DNA of 64,000 nt from Octopus vulgaris (GCA_951406725.2 OX597842.1:28830001-28894000), one strand, 5' to 3'. Numbered from the stretch's first letter, positions 39,100 through 51,762 are shown. Numbers and translations: made by a program. Notes: a model not told the origin generated them from the sequence alone.

Positions 39100-41190
39100 T
39101 CGAAGCGGCGATTTCACGTGCCTGGTATATCGAACGAACGCACCTAAGCTCGCGGTGTCGCCCACGGGCACCTGGACGTAGCCACGACCTATGCCGCAAG
39201 GATGTCACGAGATACACGCGGTCGATGGGGCGACGTGGTCCGTCGCGTGAATTCCCGAAAGATGACAAACTGCGGCCAGTGCAGGTATTGGCGGGCCTGC
39301 GCCAGTCGCGCGGAGCTCCGCCGCGCTGCCGTGCCCGATCTAGTGAGGCTGAAGCGAACATCAGGCTCTCGCCCACGTCAACGTGGACGTAGGCGCGATC
39401 GATGGCGTCAGTCTCCGTGGGCGTGTGGCGATACGCACCGGGTAAATGGAGCGACGTGGTCCGACCCGTAAGTCGAAGGAATCAGACCCGTATGCTTACG
39501 GGTCGGCCCCGGCTGGATAGTCACGCTCTAGGTGACCGCCGCACCCCAAGGGGGTCAAGACTATATTGAGGGCTTGCAGTCGGCAGGTGGATGTCTCCGG
39601 GACCGTTCGGAAGGCCTGCGCCGGTCGCCCGTTGCTCCGCCGCCCTACCGTGCCCGAAATCGAAAGAACGAACCTAAGCCCGCGGTATGGCCCACGTACA
39701 CGTGGACGTAGCCGCCACCGATGCCGGAAGGCGTTCACGAGATACCCGCGCTCGATACGGCGACGTGGTCCGTCCCGTAAAATCCCGAAAGATGACAAAC
39801 TGCGTCTAGCACTAGGTAGCGGCAGGCCTGCGCCAGGCCTGCGCCGGTCGCCCGAGTCTCCGCTGCCCTACCGTGCGTGAAATCGAGAGCACGAAACTAA
39901 GCGAGCGGTATCGCCCACGTACGCGTGGACGTAGCCGCGACCGATGTTGCGAGGTACAGGCGTTCGATACGGCTACGTGGTCCGTCCCGTAAATTCCCGA
40001 AAGATGACAAACTGCGGCCAGTGCAGGTATCGGCCGATAGCGGCGGGCCTGCGTCCGCCTTCGCCCGCGCCTCTGCCCGCCTTCGCCCGCGACTCCGCCG
40101 CGCTATTGCGAGGCTGAAGCGCGCCTTAAGCTAAACTTGCGCTCTCGCCCACGTACACGTAGACGTAGGCGCGATCGATGCCGTCAGTCGCCGGGAGTGC
40201 GTGGGGATATGCACCGGGTAAAAACAGCGACGTGGTCCGACCCGTGAGTAGGAGAAGGTGCTCGGACCGTGAGCAAACGGATCGGCCCCGACTGGATAGG
40301 TGACCGTCGCACCCCAAGGGGGTCAAGACTATATTGAGGGCTTGCAGTCAGCAGGTGGATGTCTCCGGGACCGTTCGGCAGGATGCCCGAGACGTTAGCC
40401 TAAGACGACGTCAGCCCGGCGGGTGGCCGCCGCCTTCGCGCCGCCTCGCTTTCTCCGTTAGTCCACGCGCAGCGGGGACGTTGGCGGCAGGCCTGCGCCT
40501 GTCGCCCGTTCCTCCGCCGCGCTACCGTGCCCGAAATCCAAAGAACGAACCTAAGCTCGCCGTATGGCCCACGTACGCGTGGACGTAGCCGCCACCGATG
40601 CCGGAAGGCGTTCACGAGATGCACGCGGTCGATACGGCGACGCGGTCCGTCCCGTAAAATACCGAAAGATGACAAACTGCGGCTAGCACGAGGTAGCGGC
40701 GGAAGGCCTGCGCCGGTCGCCCGCGTCTCCGCCGCCCTACCGTGCGTGAAATCGAAAGCACGAACTTAAGCGGGCGGTCTCGCCCACGTAAGCGTGGACG
40801 TAGCCGCGACCGATGTCGCGAGGTGCGGGCGTTCGATACGGCGACGTGGTCCGTCCCGTAAATTTCCGAAAGATGACAAACTGCGGCCAGTGCAGGCAAC
40901 GGCCGATAGTGGCGGGCATGCGCCCGCCTTCTACCGCCTTCGCTCGCAGCTCCGCCGCGCTACGGCGAGGCTGAAGTGGAGCTTAAGCGAAACTTGCGCT
41001 CTCGCCCACGTACACGTGGACGTAGGCGCGATCGATGCCGTCAGTCGCCGGGTGTGCGTGGCGATATGCACCGGGTAAAAACAGCTACGTGGTCCGACCC
41101 GTGAGTAAGGAGGTGCTGGGACCGTAAGCAAACGGATCGGCCCCGGCTGGATAGTCACGCTCTAGGTGACCGTCGCACCCCAAGGGGTTC
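39100..41190 (+). repeat. rDNA IGS subrepeat array (~220-bp subunits within ~0.8-0.85-kb higher-order units)
   Basis: GTGGACGTAGCC...GTGGTCCGTCCCGTAAA..CCGAAAGATGACAAACTGCGGC occurs five times; GGTGACCG.CGCACCCCAAGGGG occurs three times. Confidence 0.9.
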
Positions 41191-41215
41191 CAGACTAATA
41201 TGTAGGGTTGTGGTT
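41140..41215 (+). promoter_or_regulatory. Putative RNA Pol I gene promoter/initiation region, with spacer-promoter duplicates at about 39510-39575 and 40285-40345
   Basis: Repeated block ends in AGACTATATTGAGGG twice and AGACTAATATGTAGGG in the last copy before the unique ETS; resembles invertebrate TATA..RGGG Pol I start sites; inference. Confidence 0.5.
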
Positions 41216-42535
41216 GATCGGCATAGGTTACCGTCTCGGAGGGATGTCCTCGTAGCTCCTTTTCTGACGACGGTTAGCTCCCCGTTTGCCGGTGCAAGAT
41301 CGACTCTACACGGCCGGCGCGTCCTCGAATTTCCGCCGCCGAACCGCCCGCCTTTCAGACGCTGCGTTCGCCCGCCCGTTGACGCCCGCGTTTGCCCGCC
41401 TTCGCCCGCCTTTTGAAGCTCGCCTTCATCCGCCTTCGCCCGCCTCTGGACGTCCGCTTCTTCACGCCCGCCTATTAGACGCTGCGTTCTACCCGCACCT
41501 TTCGACGCACGCCTTCGCCCGCCTTCGCCCGCCTTCGCCCGCCTTCGCCCGCCTCCGAACATCCGGAGGCGGGCGAAGGCTGGCGCGTCCTCGAATGTCT
41601 GCCGCCGCCGCCACACCGCCCGTCTTTCAGACGCGCTCCCTCGACGCCCGCGTCTGCCCGCCTCTTCACGCCCGCAGGTTCGTCCTCTCGCAATCGAACC
41701 GCTTCTCGTTACCGCGTTTTTTTTTCTTCCGACCCCCGGCCTCGTCTTCGCAGCCGAGGACCCGGTCAGGTTACGCCGCTGACCTCGTGTTGCGTCGCCG
41801 CCGGCGCGGCGGACGGGCTAGCCGTCGCTTCCCGTTCCCCCACAGGCGACGCGGCGTCTCCGAAAGAGAGCGGTGCCGTGTCTGTCCCCTTCTTCCCTAG
41901 ACAGAACCGTGGCTTCAACTCCGGGTTTCGCTGCCTCGTAGCGTTTCTGCAGCTTTTTTTTCCCTTCCCGGCATCACCCCGCCTTGGCGCGCGTCGTTTT
42001 CGTGGCGACCACCGTCATGGCATTCGCTCGTTGACCGCAGTCCGGACGCAGTTCGTCGCAGCCGTTTCGAAAGGATCAGGTGGAGGAAGCGACGACGACC
42101 ACCGACGCATAGGGCGCCGGGCGAGTCTAAAAGCTGCAGCGGGCCCGCGCCAATCGCCGCTGCCCCTCTCGTCTGCCGACCTAGTCGCTGGCCTTCTTCG
42201 CCTTCTCCTCCTCTTCCGCCCGTAACCGGCCCCACTTCAAATCGACCCGCACCGGAGCCCGTCCGCAGCGGCCCCGGTGTGCGGCAGTCGGATCGCAAAC
42301 CGCTTTTGCTCCGCGAACGCTTCTTCGCGCGTCGACTCGTGTTGTTTTCGCCTCTTTTCCTCCTCGGGGAGGAGGCGCGCGCGTATACGAACGGCGGCCG
42401 AACTCGTGAGCGCCCGTGCCCCTGTTTTCGGCCCCTCCGATTCCTTTCGTTCTCGTTTTCGTTTCCGATCGTCGGCGCTGCTTCCCGAGCTTCCGCCGCC
42501 GCCGCGCATCGTTCTCTCGAAACGTACGTCGGTGA
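41216..42535 (+). other. 5' external transcribed spacer (includes GCCCGCCTTC-type short repeats)
   Basis: GC-rich unique sequence between the last promoter-like block and the 18S start. Confidence 0.65.
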
Positions 42536-44155
42536 TACCTGGTTGATCCTGCCAGTAGTCATATGCTTGTCTCAAAGCTTAAGCCATGCAAGTGTAAGTT
42601 CATGCCGTAAACGAATGGTGAAACCGCGAATGGCTCAGGAACCGGACCTAATCCTCGGGACCGTATTCTTCCACCGCGAGGAGAGTGGATAACTGTGGCA
42701 ATTCTAGAGCTAATACATGCAACCGAAGCCGCGATCGCACGTCGCACCCGGGTGTCGGGCTCGAAAACGGCGTTCGGCAGCCGTCGCGTCTTCGCCGTCG
42801 TTCGCCGCCGGCGTCCGCTCGGCCGGTTCGGGGGCGGCGCATCCGCGCCCGTCCCTCCCGGTCGCGACGATACGGTCGGCCTTCCGCATTGGTCGCGGCG
42901 CAAATATTAGACTGAGACCGACGCGTTCGGGCCGTCGCAGCCGCCGCCGCGCCTTCCGCGCGCGGGTCTTAGGCGTGCGGCGGCTTCACGCCCTTCGATT
43001 TTGGTGACTCTGGATAACTGTCAGTACGATCGCACGGGCTAGTATCGCACTAGCCTTCGCGCGACGGGTCCCCCGCGAGTCCGCCCTATCAACTGTCGAC
43101 GGCCCGGTCAGTGCCGACCGTGGTGGCAACGGGTAACGGGGAATCAGGGTTCGATTCCGGAGAGGGAGCATGCGAAACGGCTGCCACATCCAAGGAAGGC
43201 AGCAGGCGCGCAAATTACCCACTCCCGGCACGGGGAGGTAGTGACGAAAAATAACGACGCGGGACTCTGTCGAGGCCCCGCGATCGGAATGAGTACACTT
43301 CAAATCCGTTAACGAGAATCGACCGGAGGGCAAGTCTGGTGCCAGCAGCCGCGGTAATTCCAGCTCCGGTAGCGTATATTAAAATTGTTGCGTTTGAAAA
43401 GCTCGTAGTCGGAATTCGGGTCTCGAAAACGTGCCCCAGCACGTTCGGGGCGACGGCGCCGTCGCAGGCGCGCTTCTGGCGCGTCCGCTTCGGTCGTCCG
43501 TTCGCACTCCCGGCCCTATTCGCGACTCGGCACCCCGTCCAGCGCTCGTCTTCGCCCGCGCCGCGTCGCGTCCGGTTTCACGCCTGCGCCTTCAACGGCG
43601 CGGGTCGGTCAGGCGCGCGCGGGAGCCACGAGGCGGGTGCGCTATTGGGCGTCGTCGCCGTTCGCGTTCTAGCGGTAGTAGCGCGTCCATCTCCCGGTCG
43701 TTTCGGCCCGCACGGTTCCTCCGAGGGTGCTCTTCGCCGAGTGTCCGAGGCGGCCGGTACGTTCACTGTGAAAAAATTAGAGTGCTCAGAGCGAGCCCCG
43801 CCGGCTTGCATACGAAAAGCATGGAATGATGGAAAATGGCCTCGTCCGCGCGTCATCCGTCGGTCTCCGTTCACGACGAGGCAATGATCGAAGGGAGCGA
43901 TCGGGCCACTCGTATTGCGACGTTAGAGGTGAAATTCTTGGATCGTCGCAAGACGCACTGCAGCGACGGCGTGTGGCAAGCACGTTTTCCTCGATCAAGA
44001 GCGAAAGTCGGAGGTTCGAAGACGATCAGATACCGTCGTAGTTCCAACCGTAAACGATGCCGACTAGCACTCTGCGAGTATTCGCTTCGATGACCCGGCG
44101 GGGAGCCTGCGCGGGAAACCATAGTCGGTTCCGGGGGGAGTATGGTTGCAAAACA

Positions 44156-44201
<46 letters not shown>

Positions 44202-44880
44202 GCGGCTTAATTTGACTCAACACGGGAAAACTCACCCGGTCCGGACACCGGTAGGATTGACAGATCGATAGCTCTTTCTCGATTCGGTGGATGGTGGTGC
44301 ATGGCCATTCTTAGTTGGTGGAGCGATCCGTCTGGTTGATTCCGATAACGAACGAGACTCCGGCCTGCTAATTAGCGCGTCGATTAGTGCTTTTCCGGTA
44401 GCGCGGCGGAGCCGAAGCCGTCGTCGGTAGCTCCGCGCGCGGCCCGGGCTTGCCGTTGCCGCCGCTCTCCTTCGCGTCCGGCGCTGCGGCCGCGTCCGGC
44501 TGCCGTCCCCCTCGCGGGGGCCGTCGCGGCGTGGTTGCGGCGTCGGTTGCGGAGCGGCGGCGGTGACCCGTCGGCTCGGCCCGCGCGAGCCCGGCGGCGG
44601 CACGCCGACGCGTCCGGGCCAGTCGGTTGGCGAACGCAGCGCTTCTTAGAGGGACGGGCGGCAGAAAGCCGCACGAGGCGGGGCGATAACAGGTCTGTGA
44701 TGCCCTTAGATGTCCGGGGCTGCACGCGCGCTACACTGGAGGTATCAGCGGGCGCGTCTCCCCCGGCCCGAGAGGGTCGGGAAACCTCTGAACCACCTCC
44801 CGTGATAGGGATCGGGGCCTGGAGCCAACCCCGTGAACGAGGAATTCCCGGTAGGCGCGGGTCATCAGCCCGCGTCGATC

Positions 44881-44923
<43 letters not shown>

Positions 44924-45080
44924 GGAACGGTCCGGTGAGGTCCTCGGATCTGGCCGACGAGTCCGCTTACGCGCGGCGGCGTTCCGCGCCGTCGTCGGCA
45001 TTCCGCGCCGTCGTCGGCGTTCCGCGCCGTCGTCGGCGCGTTCTCTGATGGCCCGGAGAAGACGACCGAACCCGATCGCT

Positions 45081-45138
<58 letters not shown>
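42536..45138 (+). rRNA. 18S: 18S rRNA (expanded, about 2.6 kb)
   Basis: TACCTGGTTGATCCTGCCAGTAGTCATATGC start; GTGCCAGCAGCCGCGGTAATTCC; TTGTACACACCGCCCGTC; GTAGGTGAACCTGCGGAAGGATCATTA end. Confidence 0.97.
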
Positions 45139-45567
45139 GCGCCGTCTTCTTTCGAAAACGCAAACTTGCGATCCGCCCAATTTCTTCCAAGTCGCGGCCG
45201 GGCCCCCTCGCCCGAGTACCACCGAATGCTCTTGTTTCGGCCCTCTAACAGCGCAGCAGTAGCAGTCGCGGCAGCCCGCCGACACGCCGCACTCTCTGCT
45301 GCCGACCGCGCAACCACCCTGCCGGCGTCGGCCCGCCCTCATGGCGCTCGGACGACGGGGCTTGCACGCTTTGCGAGCTCCATGACCATTTCTCTCTTCC
45401 TTCCTACCTCGCCGTTGGCGTCGGCAGTGGCGCGCTTCGTTCCGCTGTCGACGCCTACGAATTTTATTTTAATTTTTCCGTCGCGCGGCGGCGGCCTCCT
45501 GTCGGGGGCCGCTGCCGCTTTCCTTTTTCTGTACGTGTAGCGTGTAGTAGTAGTAGCAAATATACCG
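45139..45567 (+). other. ITS1
   Basis: Lies between the 18S end and 5.8S start. Confidence 0.85.
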
Positions 45568-45728
45568 AAACCCTGGACGGGGGATCACTCGGCTCGTCCG
45601 TCGATGAAGAGCGCGGCTATCCGCGTGAACTGATGCGAATTGCAGGACTCAGTGAACATCGACACCTCGAACGCACATTGCGGCCCCGGGATCCTATCGT
45701 CCCGGGGCCCCGTCTGGTCGAGAGGCGG
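45568..45728 (+). rRNA. 5.8S: 5.8S rRNA
   Basis: GGATCACTCGGCTCGTCCGTCGATGAAGAGCGC...GAATTGCAGGAC..GTGAACATCGAC..CTCGAACGCACATTGCGGC; ends approximate. Confidence 0.93.
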
Positions 45729-46201
45729 TCAAGACACGAAAACGCAGTCCGCCGCGGCCGTTGGCTGCGGCGGGGAGTCGGGAGTCGCAGGAAAGGGCGG
45801 CGCTCGCCGCGAGGCCCGCATTATCTCGCGCGCGTGCCGCCGCCGCTCGATCGTCCGTCTCCCGTAATGCCAGACCGTCATCGTTGCGAAGCGCTGTTGC
45901 GGAGGAGGGAGCCCGCCGACGAGCGGAAGCAGAGGAGTAAGGATGATCAGTAGCAGGAACGACAACGGCGGCGACACGGCGAGGCCCCTCGTCCCTCCGC
46001 GTCCTCCTCTACGTTCCCCTCCGAGCAACCGCCGCCCTCCGTCGCCGTCGCTGCCGCCGCCGCCTCGTCTTTCGGCGTTCGCTCTGTGGGAATATCTCTT
46101 TCGTGCGAGCGTTCGTGCCGATCGACAGCGGTGGTGCGCCGGTAGCAAGCTGCGGCAGCCGTCTCTTTTGCAGCGGGGAACTCTTCCTTTTTTTTCACGC
46201 T
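45729..46201 (+). other. ITS2
   Basis: Lies between 5.8S and 28S. Confidence 0.85.
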
Positions 46202-47439
46202 GCCCTCGACTCGGACGCGATTACCCGCCGAACTTAAGCATATCGCTAAGCGGAGGAAAAGAAACCAACCGGGACTCCCTAAGTAACGGCGAGTGAACCG
46301 GGAGAAGCCCAACGCCGAATCTCGTCGGTCGCAACGGTCGTCGAGAGCTGTGGCGCAAGGGTCGTACACGGTCGATCGTTTCGCCCGGCTAGGTTCGGAG
46401 TCCCCTCGATCGGGGCTGCCCAGAGCGGGTGCCAGGCCCATTCGGAGCCGGCGGCGATCGGCGGTGTTCATCGGCCCGAGAGTCGGGTTGCTTGGGAACG
46501 CAGTCCAAAGCGGGTGGTAAACTCCATCTAAGGCTAAATACGGGGACGAGTCCGATAGCCGACAAGTACCGCGAGGGAAAGTTGAAAAGAACTTTGGAGA
46601 GAGAGTTCAAGAGACCGTGAAACCGCCCAGGGGTAAACGGGTAGGACCGCTCACCGCGATCGCGAGGCGACTCAGTCCGCTGCTTCCCGCCGAGGCGCCG
46701 TCGTCGTCGACGAACGCGCCGGTGGCGGCCGCTCGTTCCGCGGGCGGAGGTCTGCCGCCTCGTCGGCGTTCGATTTCCGGGGCGCCGGCATCGGACGCAC
46801 TTCCCCTCCGATCCGTCGTCGCGACTCGTTTCCCGTCGGGCCGGTAGGCGCGCGGCGTCCGCAGGTCGCAGACGAGAGCCCCGTCGCTGCCGCGCAAGCG
46901 GCGGTCGGTGGGATCCACGCGCTCTTCTCGACCGGGCCCGTCGCTCCACGTAAAGCGCAGGCACGGCTAACCGACGGAGACGGGCAAACGCACCTCGCCC
47001 TTAGCACGAACGACGCAGCGAGTCGCGCGCGGCCTCTTCGGAGGTCGTGAGCGACGCGGCCGCCCGCGCGCCGCGACTGCGCGGAACCCTCGCAAGGGGG
47101 CGACGCGCGTTGCGGTCGCCGTACACCCCGCCCGAAAAGCCGCCCGCTGCTGCCGGTCAGCGACGAGCATCGGCAACCTACCCGACCCGTCTTGAAACAC
47201 GGACCGAGGAGTCCCAGTCGACTGCGAGTCGTTGGAGCCTTTCACTTCGCGAACTCCGACGGCACAGCGAAAGCGAGACGGCGCTCTGACTCAGGTGTAG
47301 CAGGCGGCCGGGGACCCGAAAGATGGCGATCCACGCCCGGTCGGGACGAAGCCAGAGGAAACTCTGGTGGAAGTCCGAAGCGCCTCTGACGTGCAAATCG
47401 ATCGTCGGAACCGGGTGTTGGGGCGAAAGACCAATCAAG

Positions 47440-47485
<46 letters not shown>

Positions 47486-49334
47486 CGCCAGCGGGAGAAT
47501 GACACGCAATTCCGTCCGGTAAAGCGAACGACTGGAGGCCCCGGGGACGTTGACGGCCTCGATCTACTGTCGAACTCGGGACGGGCGAAACGGGCCGCTC
47601 CTCTCCCGATCGGAGGCGGCCGCCGTTATGCGACGACGAATGCACGGTGCCAAGTGGGCCACTTTTGGTAAGCAGAACTGGTGATGTGGGATGAACCGAA
47701 CGTCCGGCTAAGGTGCCCTACGCTTCACCCATTAGATCCCCGAAAGGGTGTCGGTCGATATAGACAGCAGGACGGTGGCCACGGAAGTCGGAATCCGCTC
47801 AGGAGTGTGTAACAACTTACCTGCCGAATCGACCGGCCCCGAAAATGGATGGCGCTGGAGCGAGCGACCGATGCCGGACCGGCCGGGCGACAGGTTGCGC
47901 GATCGCCGGCGAGGCGACTTTCCGATGCCCGGTCGAGTAGGAGGGCGCCGCGGCGTGCATGGAAAGCCGCGGGCGCGAGCCCGGGTGAAGCCGACCGCGG
48001 GTGCAGATCTCGGTGGTAGTAGCAAATATTCGAACGAGACCTTCGAAGACCGAAGTGGAGAAGGGTTCCGTGCCAACGGTGGTCGAGCACGGGTCAATCG
48101 GTCCTAAGAAGCGGGCGAAAGCTTCCACGAAAGGCGCCGGATCCGTCGTTAGAAAACAAGTACTACTCCCATAGTTCGACGTAAGTTACGCGGCCGGCCT
48201 CGCATCGAAAGGGAATCGGGTTAATATTCCCGAACCCGAACTCGGAGAGTGCCCGTCCGTCGGTGGGAACGCGGCATGCTCTTCCTAGCAGCGCGTCCGT
48301 CGTCGAAGCCGGCGGCCGGGCGAAGCAGCGGCAACGCAAGCGAGCCCGGAGACGTTGCCGGGAGCCCCGGGAAGAGTTCTCTCTTCTTCGTAAAGGACCG
48401 CGTCCGTGGAATCGGCTCGTCCGGAGATACGGATATGGTACCTGTAGAGCGCCGCGTCTCGGGCGGCGTCCGGTGCGCTCTCGGCGACCCTGGAAAATCC
48501 GGGTCCGTAACGAATCGCAGCTCTCGAGTCGGTCCGTACCCACCATCCGCAGCAGGTCTCCAAGGTATACAGCCTCTTGTCGATAGCGCCAATGTAGGTA
48601 AGGGAAGTCGGCAAAATGGATCCGTACCTTCGGAAGAAGGATTGGCTCCGAGGACCGAGTCGGTCGGGCCGTGTGTGTCGCCTCGCTCCCGCGCGGTCGC
48701 GTCGCCGTTCGCTCGGCGTCGCGCCGCCGGGCGCCGGAACACGTCTTCACGCGAAGCGGCGGACCGGTACAGGGCTGTAGCGTTGGCGTCGGACTCGGCA
48801 TCCCGGTGCGCCCCATTTTTCCGACGGTCGTCGCTGCGTTGGCGGGCAACCCGCTTCGCCCCGATGCGCGGTCGCGCCTTCGGTCAACGCGGGTCGGCTT
48901 CTACGCACGCGTTCTCTCCCTCCGCTGCGCTGCGTTCTGTCGCGTGCCGCCGCCTACGGACCTCTCGGTCCGGAAAGAGCGCGCGTTGCTGGGACGTCGT
49001 TGCGGCTGCCAGATCCGCGCGCGTGGCCTTCTCGTGCGTCGGCACGTGCGCAGGCCGTCGTTCGTTGCGGTGGCTCGGTTTCATACGGGGCGCCCGGGGC
49101 GTAGTGGGCGCGAACAAAACGATTCCACACACGGGACGCCGTGGAGCGACACGGCTTCGGGCTCGCCGTCGCGTCCGTGCGCGCACGGCTCGGCTCCGCA
49201 AGGGGTCGGTCGTCGTCGCGCGACAGGCGTTCGGCCGGCGGCGAACGGTCGACTCGGAACTGGTACGGACCGGGGGAATCCGACTGTCTAATTAAAACAG
49301 AGCATCGCGTAGCCGGCCGAGCCGCACAGACGCG

Positions 49335-49366
<32 letters not shown>

Positions 49367-49412
49367 AGTGAAGAAATTCAACCAAGCGCGGGTAAACGGC
49401 GGGAGTAACTAT
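46202..49412 (+). rRNA. 28S: 28S rRNA, 5' portion, ending 13 nt upstream of the R2 site
   Basis: ACCCGCCGAACTTAAGCATATC, GACCCGTCTTGAAACACGGACC, and terminal AAGCGCGGGTAAACGGCGGGAGTAACTAT. Confidence 0.95.
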
Positions 49413-50091
49413 TTAACATGCAAACAGTGAGCGGTGTTCCACAGGGCACTGTTTTGGGACCACTACTGTTCATAATGGCCCTCTCAGACATGCCCTCAGC
49501 CACACAGAGAGCCACAATCACAAGTTATGCAGATGATACAAAAGTTTCACAGGCAATACAGAACCCTGAGGACACTAAACGCCTGCAATGTGAGCTGGAC
49601 AAAATATACAAGTGGGCTGAAAAGAATAGCATGCAGTTCAATGCTGAAAAGTTTCAAGCTTTATACTATCAGCATGCAAAACTAAATGCAATACCCAATG
49701 AATACACTGGACCCAGAGGAATAGCAATCCCAGAAGCACAATCAGTGCGTGACCTGGGTATTTACATGAGTGATGACGCAACCTTTCGTGTACATGTTGC
49801 TAAATTGGCAATGAAATATAGACAACTGGCCGGATGGATTCTTAGAACCTTTAGAACAAGAGAACAAGAAACCATGATGGTCCTCTGGAAGACACTTGTC
49901 CTAAGCCACTTTGACTATTGCTCTCAGCTATGGTCACCATCCAGTGTCAAGTTGATCACAGAACTTGAGGCGATCCAACGTAGCTACACGAAGAAGATAA
50001 CCTCTGTGCAGAATGTAAGCTACTGGGAAAGACTCAAGAGATTAAAGCTCTATTCCTTGGAGCGTAGGCAAGAAAGATATGCCATAATATA
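49413..50091 (+). mobile_element. Continuation of the split CR1/L2-like LINE RT
   Basis: ORF 49418-50110 (SGVPQGTVLGP...YADD...LYSLERRQERYAII) resumes the RT broken at 34844. Confidence 0.93.
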
Positions 50092-51730
50092 CACTACCGT
50101 CAGAAATTAATTAGCACCCTTGATTTTCTCTTCACTCAAGGTATTTGCTGTCACCTAGTGGCCATATCTCGAACTATTGCTTTGTTGTGAGTTCACTGTT
50201 GCGCAGAACGATGACGTAACTTTGTTTGCAGAGCAGTTTGAGAGTCTACAGCCTAATGATGTTGACATAGCAGTGCAACAACAACTTGGAGTGCGGATGC
50301 AGACAAATCTTCCTTTGTTTAATAGATATAGGTAGCGCCTCGCAAGGACCGAAATCACACCGTACTAAGTTTTCTCATCGCGTAAGACATTTTGAACAGC
50401 TCGTAGGTTAAATGATTTGTGTATTTGCAAGATTTTTTTCCTCACAAATTCTCCTACACTCTGCTTGATGACGTCACTTCTGGTTCACAAAACTTTCTGT
50501 TAAACATCAAATAAGGTGAGAAATTCTGCTTTCTTTCTTTTTTGTTTAATGAATAATAACTCATAGCAGTTTTGTTATAGCATAACATTATTCAAATGAA
50601 TAGTTTTAATGAAAATAACTGGTTTTTATCGTTCATTCCTAGATAGGCCCAAGACCTCGCATGACCTTGGAGAGATGGTACGAGGCTCTCTCGTGGCGTG
50701 GGAAGCTGTCGGAGGCTGCAATAGCCAGAAAACTTGGTGTAGCCAGGCGCACAATTCAGTGCTTATTTAAGAAATACGAGGAAACTGGATCAGCAGCTGA
50801 CAAAAAGGGTAGGGGACGGAAGAGGCTGACGACCCAGCGGGAGGACCGGATGCTGATCCGAAAGTCGCTGTACAACCGAAGGGCAACGAGCCAGCAACTG
50901 GCGGAGGAGATGCAAAAGATGACAGGGAAGCAGTTGTCTACAACCACCGTCAAGACCAGATTACTGGAAGCTGGTCTAAAATCCTGTAGGGCCGCTCCTT
51001 ACAGCCCAAAACTGGAAGAGGCGGCTGCTCTGGGCCCGTGCCCACAAGACATGGACCGTGCAGCAGTGGTGGACAGTGATGTTCACTGACGAGTCGCGAT
51101 TCAGTCTCGTCAGTGACAAGCCTGTCCATGTGCGACGCCGCAGGGGTGAGTGCTTCAACAAAGACTGCATTGCTCTCACCATGAAGCATAGTGGGGGTGG
51201 TCTGATGGTGTGAGGGGCGTTCAGCTACAGTGGTGTTGGGCGGTTCTATGCCGTCGAAGGCAACATCAACGCAGCAAAGTGCGTTGAGATAATACGGGAT
51301 ACCTCTTTGGTGGCGAGGAGTACGTGCTCCAACAGGACAACGTGCCTTCCCACACAGCCAAGCTCACAACCGGTTTCTTCAAGGACCATGGGGTGACAGT
51401 CATGGACAGGCCTGGCCAGTCACCTGACCTGAACCGACACTAGCTGTTTGGGGCACTTCTTGCTGCATGGAGGGCCATCCCTGCACAGTACCTGCAGGCA
51501 CTCATAGACAGCATGCCGACCCGCGTAGCAGCTGTCATTGCTGCCAAAGGAGGAGCAACAAGATATTGACTAAATTTCACGATTAATAACAATTATGTGG
51601 TGTGCTGGGATATGTTTTAATAAATTTTTGATTATAAACGAGTTCGTTTCTGATAATAAGTTAATTAAATTAAGAAAATGTAAGAAAATGTAGAAATTTG
51701 AGAAGTGCTAATTAATTTCCGACGCAAGTG
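50092..51730 (+). mobile_element. Tc1-like DNA transposon (defective transposase), TA target duplication
   Basis: TA|CACTACCGTCAGAAATTAATTAGCAC ... GTGCTAATTAATTTCCGACGCAAGTG|TA; HTH ORF 50661-51089, FTDESRF, QQDN and SPDLN motifs; frameshift, stop and deletion of the catalytic Glu region. Confidence 0.92.
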
Positions 51731-51762
51731 TACATCTGGAAGATCCTTGAAGGACTTGTCCC

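Noticed and set aside
36975-49385. Dozens of Arg/Ala/Pro-rich ORFs, including the 348-aa ORF at 48249-49295
   Set aside because: Spurious frames over GC-rich rRNA and spacer sequence.
36827-49412. Bacterial or other contaminant, or a chimeric join, suggested by the abrupt GC shift
   Set aside because: The rRNA is eukaryotic (18S/5.8S/28S) and both ends sit in one colinear host LINE, which a random misjoin would not reproduce. Read confirmation is still needed.
50661-51570. Active Tc1 transposase
   Set aside because: Frameshift near 51000, in-frame stop near 51211 and deletion after SPDLN that removes the catalytic Glu.
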